Origin: Fimicolochytrium jonesii
Taxonomy: Eukaryota
Reading direction: 5' to 3'
NCBI RefSeq assembly: GCF_025526975.1
Contig: NW_026515676.1
Coordinates: 434,001-498,000 of the forward strand
Length of the DNA stretch: 64,000 bases
This document shows, one piece after another, positions 54,691-64,000 of this stretch; position 1 is the stretch's first letter, and each line of letters begins with the position of its first letter. The notes below the pieces were generated by a model. That model was given only the letters and a program-made list of their open reading frames with translations. It was not told the origin of the DNA and did no database searches. A program made the translations under genes and the position numbers.

Positions 54691-57600
54691 ATGGCGCCAG
54701 CAGCAGCGACCCCGCACGCAAAGAAGCGGAAGGCGGCACCTACACCTCAGAAGGACGACGCCGATTCAAAGTCCGCAGAGAAAGTATCAGCAAAGAAACC
54801 GAAAGTAGATAAACCCGCGACGAAAGCCGTGGCGGATAAGCCAGTAGTACCCGTGACAAAAGCGCCGGTGGTGGAAGAGGCATTCCCTCGCGGTGGAGCT
54901 TCTGCACTCACACCTTTGGAGTACCGTGAGGTTTCTGACCAGGCGAAACAGGATGTTCTGTTTGAGGTGAGGACTGTTTTTGTGCTTGCAATGAGATGTG
55001 GCAACCCAGACTAAACTGGTGTTTCGGCAACAGCAACAAAATGAGACGCCAGAAGCAAAGCCTAAGCCAAAGTCGAAGAAGCGGAGGGCTGAAGACGGCA
55101 AGGCGGAGGAGGACTCCGCCAAAAAAGCACGGACGGAAGGGACCACTCACGCGGAAATGCTTTCGTTCAAGCGTCTGAATGTTGGAATGACGCTGCTGGG
55201 TTGCATCAAGGAGATCAACGATTTGGATATCGCCATCTCGCTTCCCGATCAGCTTACGGGATATGTATCCATTACGGAAATCTCCGACTACATCACCGCC
55301 CAGGTTGAGAAGGCAGCTGGAGACAACGAGGACAGCGAAGAGGACGAGGAGGAGGAGAGCGAGGAGAGCGTTCCGGAATTGCGCGAGTACTTCGGTCTTG
55401 GCCAGGTCGTGTCGTGCGTGATTACGGCGTTGGAGCATGACGCCGACTCGGAGGGCAAGGCGGGATCTGGCCGCAGGAGAGTGGCGCTTTCTCTGAAGCC
55501 GGAACTCGTCAACGCCAACATCAGCAGCTCAGACCTGGTGGAGGGCCTCGTGCTTGCGTGCTCGATTGTCAGTGAGGAAGATCATGGGTTTATTCTGTCG
55601 GTAGGGATCGAGGGTGCGTCTGGCTTCTTGTTGAAGAAGAACGCAAAGGCGTTTGTTGAGAAACAAAACGAAGGACGTCCATTGAAGATTGGACAGGTTT
55701 TGCACGGGAATGTGCTGAAGGTGGATGAGGCTCGGAAAGTCGTGTCCGTGACGCTCGACCCCGAGGTTCAGGCGAAAGCGGTGGTGCCTGCCACGCAAGT
55801 CATTGCTTTCGACGCTTTGAAAGCCGGCGCGCTCGTGAATGCGAAAGTGAAAGACGTGCTCGACAATGGTATTCTGTTGACTTTCCTCGGCGTGTTGGAA
55901 GGCACCGTCAACTTGGCCCACCTGGGTTCCTTGATTGTGGATCCGGAGGAAGAGCTTCCCGCCAAATATAAGGTGGGGCAGAGGCTCCGTGTGCGTGTGC
56001 TCTACGTGGACCCCATTCGCAAGAAGATCGCTGCGACATTATCCCCTAGCCTGCTGCACTTTGTCCGATTCACCCCACCGGCGGTCGAGATCGGGTCTAT
56101 TTTCGACGACTTCGTCGTACGACGTATCGATGCGAAACTGGGTCTCCTGGTCGAGCAGAAGGATGCAGGGTTTGCTTTCGTGCACATTTCCCGATTGTCA
56201 GACACGAAGGTTGAGAAGATGGATAAGAACTATAAGGTCGGCAGCAAACACCGCGGACGTGTTACCGGAATCGATTACTGCGATGGCCTCCTGCACGTTA
56301 GCTTCCAGAAATCCGTTCTGGAACAGCCTTTCCTTCGCTACGATGAAATCAAGCCAGGTATGGCTGTGAAGGGTCAGGTTGCCAAGCTCCTGCCAAATGG
56401 AGCCATCATCTCCCTGGCTGGTTCGATCACCGGATTCTGCCCGAAGCTCCATTTCGCGGACATTGCCTTGACGCAGCCGGAGAAGATGTTTAAGACGGGC
56501 GTTGTTCTGAAGTTCCTGGTGTTATCCGTCGACGCCAAGAACCGTAAGGTCACGTTGACACATAAGAAGAGCATTCTGAACTCGACGCTTCCGAAAGTGG
56601 CGTCCTACGAGGACGTCAAGTCTGGAGACATTGTGCACGGTGTCATTATGGCTCTTAAGGACTTTGGATGCTTGGTTAGCTTCTTCGGCGATGTTCGTGC
56701 GTTGGCCCCTATTTCCGAGTTGAGCGAGAAGTTTGTGGAGAAGGCTGCGGATGTCGTTACCCTGGGACAGGTCGTCAAGTGTCGCGTGCTGAACGTTGAC
56801 GCTGCGGCTGAGAAGATGCGCGTGAGTTTCAAGCTGCTCGGCGGAGCGGAAGGACAAGCATCTCTCGAAGCTGAGAAGGTGGGAGAGATCGCCTCCGCCA
56901 CGGTCATTAGCGTGATGCCGTCAGGTCTACTAGTCGAGCTGCGACCATCGCTGGCCCGCGGTTATCTTGCGAAATCCCACCTCTCGGATCATACTGGAAA
57001 TGTGGAAAAGCTCCACAAAGGCTTCCAGGAGCGCTCGGTGCTGAAGGAGGTCGTGATTATCGGCAAGGACGAGAAGCGTGGCCACGCTATCATTTCGATG
57101 AAGAGCCTACTCATCGAAGAAACGAAGCGTCGCAAGGCCGCTTTTGCATTTGACGACATTGAGGAAGGCATGCTTGTACCAGGATTTGTAAAGAACATCA
57201 CTGACAAGCGATGCTTTGTGTCCTTGGTCGGAGGCGTTGTCGTGGCGGCCATATCCCATAACATCTCTGATCGCTACGTGACCAAGGTGGAAGACTTTCT
57301 GCAAATCGGCCAAACGGTCGTGGCGGTCGTCACCAAGGTCGACAAAGAGGACCACAAGATCGAGATCAGTCTGAAGCACTCGCAATGCTCCAAAGCCGAA
57401 AACGCTCTGCGATACGAAACCGAACTTTTGCGGTCTTTCTTCCATGAGCAGGACGTGCTCCAGTTTGGTCAGCTTCCCAAGGATAAGGTGAAGGCGGTCA
57501 AGGCGTGGGCCATTGGATTGAAGCTGGGAGAGGTTACGCAAGCTGTTGTCACGTCGTCGATGCCTTACGGTGTCATTGTGGAACTTCCCCACAATGTGTC

Positions 57601-60600
57601 CGGGCTCATCCTGAACCCGCCTGCAGGACAGGAGTTTGCTGCCGGGGCGAAGGTTAATGTCAAGATCATGGACGCTAATGCCGATCGGAAGATCGTCGAC
57701 TTGATCTACGTGAGCGACGCAGATGTCGCGGACAACAAGCCGAACGCGGACATCGCCGTGACCAAGGAGGCACAGAGCAAATCCGACAAGAAGATCGTCG
57801 TGGAGGCCACCATCCAGATTGTCAAAGAAGACTATGCCATTGCGATTATCCCATCGCTCCACAACGCTGCCGCCTTCGTCTTCTCCCGACACTTCAACAC
57901 CACCGGCACATTTGCTCGATTCCGCGCCGGTCAGCAGATCAAGGCCACTATCACTCAAGTGCCTTCTCGTGGAGACTCGACGAAGAACTTTGACGGATAC
58001 ATCAGGCAAAGACTTCTGATCGTGCCGGTCGTCGAGTCCGAACAGCCGCAGGGCGGTTCAGACAGCAAGCGTGCCATCAAAGGCGCCATCGACCCCGGTT
58101 TCAAATCACTGGACGACTACTCCCTTGGAGCGACAGTAAAGGCCAAGATTGCGTCGGTCAAGGACACCCAGCTGAACATGACGCTCGGTTCCAACCTGAA
58201 AGGACGCGTCCACATTACGCAAGTGTACGATTGCATTGAGGATATCACTGACCTGAAGCACCCGTTGCATCACTTCAAAATCGGGGACATCATCGAGTGC
58301 AAGGTCATTGGTTTCCATGACGCCAAGACTCACAGGACCTTGCCGTTCTCACACCGCAAGAACCCTTCGCACACGGTCGTCGAATTGACGGTCAAGCCAT
58401 CGGAGCTTGCCTTACCCGAGGGGCGAGTCTCGACCGAGACGGAAGTTCCTCCTACCCTCGATACCTTGCAATCCGGCGCAAAGTATGTCGGTTTCACCCA
58501 GAGTGTCGACGAGGATGCTCTGTGGATTCACATCGGACCCAACCTTCTTGGCCGTGCGCATTTAATGGATCATCCCAACCCCGTGGCACTCAAACGTCCC
58601 CACAAGTTCTTCCCTACGGGTAGCGCCGTGCAGTGCTGGGTAGTCCGGGCGAACTCCGAACGCAAGATTCTCGATCTCAGCTTGAAGGTGCCTGGGCATC
58701 ACGACACGGTGGAAGTCGGAGCCAAATTCAACGGGAAGGTGAAGAAGGTTGAGGCTGGGAAGGGCTTGCTTGTGCAGATTTCGCCCGCGTTGACTGGCAG
58801 AGTCTACTTGACGGACATCACGGACGAGTATGTGAAGGATCCACTTGAAGGGTTCCGCGTCGGCGGAATCGTGGAATGCGTCGTTATTGGTTCGGACACT
58901 GTCAACAAGCGTCTCGATCTCTCTTTACGCCACTCTCGCACCAAGCCCACCGAGGATGCTGAAGTCCCCAACCCGGAGGTCAAGGACATCGGTGATGTCG
59001 TCAACGACACGGTCGTCAGCGGATACATCCGCAGCATCTCCGACGGAGGCGTGTTCGTCGGTCTCAACCATAACCTCGCCGCTCGCGTCAAGATCTCAGA
59101 GTTGTCCGACGCCTTCATCAAGAACTGGAAGGAGGCGTACACGGTCGGCCAATTGGTCCGGGGACGCATCGTCAATGTCAACGCTGATCAGAACCGTATT
59201 GAGATGTCGCTGAAACAAAGCGTTGTCGACCCCGAGGCTGCTGGCGTGCAGATCAAGTGGAACGACATCGAGCAGGGGCAGAAGGTCAAGGGTACCGTCA
59301 AGGCCATCCTTGAGTTTGGAATCTTCATCCAGCTGGCCAACAGCGCTATCACCGGTCTTTGCCACAAGACGGAGCTTTCTGACAGCCCCGTAACGGCTAT
59401 CGACAAGCTGTACTCCGTAGGCGACGCCGTCAAAGCGCTGGTGCTGAAGGTTGACAGAGAGGCGAAGAAGCTTTCCCTGAGTTTGAAGGCGTCTCACTTC
59501 GACGAGACGGACTATGCCGATGACGCGAAAGTCATGGAGATGGATGAGTCTGGCAGCGACGCGGAATCGGATGTCGCCGAGGTGGTTGGATCCGATTACG
59601 AGGACGAGGACGAGAACGAGGATGTTGAAGGAAGCGATGCTGAGGAGGAAGATGACGCCATGTTGATCGATGGTGCAAGCGAAGGCGACGATGATGACGA
59701 TGACTCTATGGAGATCGACGAGCCGACTGCGGCCTTGCTCAACTCGTTCGTAAATCTGCCCGATGAAAGCGATGACGAGGACGATGAGCAGGAGGAGCAG
59801 GAAGGCCTCGATGTGGGTGGGTTCAACTGGGACGGCACTAGCGCGGGCGCAAACGCCGCAGGCGAGAGCGATGATGAAGACGGGGCCGAAGGCTCAGACG
59901 ACGAGGACGAGTCCACGCAAACAGGGAAGAAGAAGACTCGCCGCGCCAAGCAGCGCGCTAAGCGCGAGGAAGAGGAGCGGATTGCACAAAAAGAACAGTC
60001 GCTCCTCGAAGGTGACCAGCCACCGGAAGTCGCGGAGGATTTCGAACGTCTATTGCTCGGATCTCCCAACAGCTCTTTCCTGTGGATTAAGTTCATGGCT
60101 TTCCAGCTCCAGATGGCGGAAGTCGAGAAGGCTCGTCAAGTCGCTGAGCGCGCTTTGAAATCGATCAGCTTCAGAGAAGAGCAGGAGAAGATGAACGTAT
60201 GGGTCGCACTCATGAACTTGGAAAACTCTTATGGCACGCAAGAAAGCCTTCTGAAGGTCTTTGAGCGGGCGGTGTCCATGAACGAGCCCAAGGCCGTGTA
60301 CATCCAGCTGATCAAAATTTACGAACGGACCGAGAAGTGGGATGTAAGTAAACGTCTCGGACCCGTTCTCATCTGTTGCTGCGTGTTATTGATCGCATTT
60401 GCCTTTACAGCAAGCTGAACAGCTCCACCAAGTCGCTACGAAGAAGTTCAACAAGAGCTCCAAAATCTGGACCTCCTTCGGACTGTTCCAACTCAAGCGC
60501 GGGAAAGTGGAGGAGGCACGGAAGATCTTGCAAAGGAGTTTGCAGAGTTTGGCCAAGCGCAAACGTAAGTTGACATATCGTCGCATCTCATAATGGATCC

Positions 60601-61034
60601 CGAGCTCGGTTTCCTGATGTCCTGCATCCATCCTGCAGACGTCAAAACCATCTGCAAGTTTGCGCAAATGGAGTTCAAATATGGCGAGCCAGAACGTGGA
60701 CGCACGATCTTTGAGGGTATCATGAGCAACTACCCCAAGCGCGTGGATCTATGGTCTGTCTACCTCGACATGGAGATCAGGAATGGAGATGTCTCGATCA
60801 CAAGGTATGCTACTCTCTTCGCTCATCAACTCTTTGGATGAACTCGAGCTCATTGAACCTTCCCTCCCTCACAGACGTCTCTTCGAGCGGGTGATCGCAC
60901 TCAAGTTCTCCTCAAAGAAGATGAAGTTCTTCTTCAAGAAGTACCTCGACTTTGAAAAGAAGAACGGGACACCGGAGACTGTCAACCACGTCAAGCAGGC
61001 GGCCGTCGCGTACGTCGAGTCCCTGCAAAACTGA
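54691..61034 (+). CDS. RRP5: rRNA biogenesis protein Rrp5 (S1 repeats and HAT/TPR repeats)
   Basis: FPRGGASALTPLE, multiple S1 repeats, DFERLLLGSPNSSFLWIKFMAF, YPKRVDLWSVY and KKMKFFFKKYL. Confidence 0.97.
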
Positions 61035-61628
61035 AGAATCTGTTCCCGGACACTGGCGTAGGCATTTAAGACGTAGAAGATAGGTCGATAGGCATTATAT
61101 ATCATTCACGACCCGATATTTATTGTACATAGTATGTCTCTCTTTTTGCAATCACCACTGCTTCATCATACGAACTGGATGTTGCGTTGAGTCGATGGGC
61201 ACTGGAACATGAGGCTGTCAAGTTTTCTGGTAACAATGTCGATCCCGCCGGCCACAATGCACATGGGGAGCGACCGACAGCAGTGAGTGGATCACGTCAC
61301 GACGGTTGCACCGACCAAAGCCCCGAAGGGTCTTCGCGTTCAGACTTCAAACCAACTATTTGAGGCTTGCACTTTTGCAAAACACAAGGGCCTCAACAAC
61401 TCAACGAGACTCACGTCATCCGTATAACTAGCAAACCCTTCCAGACTCTCTCGCTACTTTGAAAACGGTCTCGCCTGGTTTGACGAACGGAGCTGGGCTT
61501 TGGAATCCCGCGTTTGAAATTTCGGCAAACTGAAGTCTGGACCAGAGTCTGGACTCACTTCGACGAGCAACCTCAATTGACGCATAGCTACCCAGCACTG
61601 GTGGCTGCCTTGCGCCCACGGAGAAGTT

Positions 61629-63584
61629 ATGGGTAACACACAGGCCCGCCCACCGCCCGGGGGTCAGTGTTTCGTTGGGTACTTTTTTCGTCGCATCTTG
61701 CTTCTGTCTAACGCATATTGTCCTACCTATAATCATCCTAGCCCCGGTGGACCTGCGCCATTTCGAGCTTCTGCAGTACATCGGAAAAGGGGCGTTCGGG
61801 AAAGTGAGGGTGGTGAAGCGGAAGGACACGAACAAAATCTACGCGATGAAGTATATCGACAAGGTGGAATGCGTCAAGATGCGCGCGGTGCATAACATCT
61901 TTCGCGAACGGCGGATATTGGAGGAGATTGATCATCCGTTTGTTGTGAACCTTCGGTACGCGGTGCCTGTGGTGACGGAAGTTGGGGGAGCAAGGAAGAA
62001 GTATGCTGATTGAAATCCCCGGCTGTAGATACGCCTTTCAGGACGATAGTTGGCTGTTCATGATCACGGATTTGATGGCTGGAGGCGACATGCGTTTTCA
62101 TATCGACCAGAGGCATGGATTTCCGCATGAATCTGTGAGAATCATGGCGGCCGAGTTGGTGTGCGCTCTCGAATACCTGCATAAGAGGAATATTGTGCAC
62201 CGGGATGTGAAGGTGAACCAGCTTTGTTGTCCCCGCATCCGTGAAGTTCATGAATTGACTCTTCCTGGCTTGATTCAGCCCGACAATATCTTGTTTGACG
62301 AGAAAGGACATGTTCATCTGACGGATTTCAACATTGCGGTGCACTACAATAGGAAGAAGTACGTTTCCTGCTTGTGATTAGGGTGCTGTGATTTGGCAGC
62401 AGGTCGCTGATCGCGAGAACCACAGCAAGCTCACATCTGAATCGGGGACGCTGAACTACATGGCCCCGGAGGTTTTTACGAAAGTCGGGTACAGCTGGCC
62501 TATCGATTGGTGGGGTCTGGGAATCGTCATTTTCGAAGCCCTGTACGGACGAAGACCGTTCCGCAGCGGCGAGGACGATAATGTTGTCAAGGACAACATA
62601 TGCCATCAGGAATTGGAATTTCCGGATCGGAATTTGCTCGATGCCAAACCAGTAGAGCTACCGCTAGAGGTGGAAGACTTCATACGCCGCCTGGTTGAGC
62701 GCGACGTAAGAAAACGAATCGGGTGCGGAATCATGGGTGTGGAAGAGATTGAAGCCCATCCGTGGTTTCGAGGAATCAACTGGCAAACGGTGGAGAAACT
62801 AGAACTACAGCCAGTTTTCGTCCCCGACGCCACGCGCGGAAACTACGATCCATTATTGGATCTGGAAGAAATGTTTGCAGACACCGAACCATTAGCCTAC
62901 AAATCCAGACAGAAGAAAGCACCGAAGGCGAAATCGCAAGATCTTGCTGTAGTAGATGCGGACACGCCGACAGCTGGAAAGGAAGTTCGAGACGAACGAT
63001 GCTTGACGAGCCCTATCGAACATAGCGACGAGAACAGCCCTTCCGCGCCAAACCAGCCGGAACGAACACCAGAAGAGATAATGCAGAGGGAGCTCGATTA
63101 CCTTGACGAGCACTTCAAACACTTTGACTACAGCGTCTACGAAAGCTATAGAGGATTCGTAGACGAGAGGACGATGAGCGTGTCGGAACAAGTTCCGGAG
63201 TGGGTCAAAAATCTAGATGAGGCGGGCACATCCCCAGTATCAATACCAGCCCCGCTACCAGAGCGGACATCTATGGCCTCCAGCATCCTGGAGTCCCCGA
63301 TAGGAACGCCTCCTGCCGAGTTGAGCCGGATGGGCAGCCTTGTGATGAAGACTGTGTGGGAACCACCACGGGCTCCACCACCACCAGAGGAGTTTGTCGG
63401 CAATGAAGGGTTGTTCGATCCGGAAAAGTCGACGGGAGATTTATCTTTCCCACGGGCATCTGCCGCGCCAAAGTCAGCTGGGCCAGCTGTTTTCGACTCG
63501 ACAGCGCCGGGCTGTCACGGCCAGCAGGACTATGACTTGGCGACGATGCACAAGGAAGCGAGACAGTCGGTTGCCACATTATAG
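61629..63584 (+). CDS. AGC Ser/Thr kinase, STK32/YANK family (3' end uncertain)
   Basis: MGN N-terminus, IGKGAFGKV, YAMKY, HRDVK|PDNIL, the family-typical TDFNIA, and GTLNYMAPE. Confidence 0.88.
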
Positions 63585-64000
63585 TAGCTTTCTCTTCGTT
63601 GAGGGGATCTACACTTTTGGACAGGGAGGTTGTTCGGGATCACTGCATGTAGATTTAAGTAGAGGCATAGTTCTTTTTAATAGACTTGTTGTGTTCTTAT
63701 GGCGGTTGGGATCCGCCGAAGCGCGTTTATCACTGCGCTTCCAATTCGTCGTAGATCCCACCAAACATCTCCCCTGGCTGGCCCCTCTCAGAATTGCCCA
63801 CTTTCCCACGAGCATTACTTGAGAGATAGAAGAGGTCCATATCATTCTCCACAAGTTTGTTGTTTGTCTAGCAGACACACACACCAGCGCCATGCCTCGG
63901 ACGCAAGACTCGCTCCTTCGCAGCCAGAGGGGCACAACGCCCTCTCAGCAATTCGCCAGCTTGCAGACTCGGCATTCCGTCCACGGAAGCTCCCTCCAGA

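Overview
Gene-dense, intron-rich eukaryotic DNA with GT-AG introns, most likely from a zoosporic (chytrid-type) fungus. This is inferred from fungal-type housekeeping genes sitting alongside the axonemal gene RIB43A. About 22 protein genes are supported, including TPC1, a RhoGEF, RIB43A, PGK1, a WC-2-like factor, ALG10, ERV41, MRPL34, MCM3, HSP90, YJU2B/CCDC130, a sterol glucosyltransferase, ISA1, RRP5 and an STK32-like kinase. The most unusual items are: (i) a 337-bp TA-flanked pogo/Tc1-type MITE carrying TTAGGG repeats, with an oppositely oriented CCCTAA tract just outside it; (ii) an intronless Trf4/PAPD5-like nucleotidyltransferase lacking two of its three catalytic aspartates; (iii) an intron-containing YqaJ exonuclease of apparent giant-virus type; (iv) a Frizzled/Smoothened-like receptor; (v) an 11-knuckle CCHC protein with GW motifs at both ends; (vi) a 105-bp hairpin MITE and a chromovirus relic. 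All family assignments come from motif recognition by eye; no searches were run. Gene coordinates span introns.
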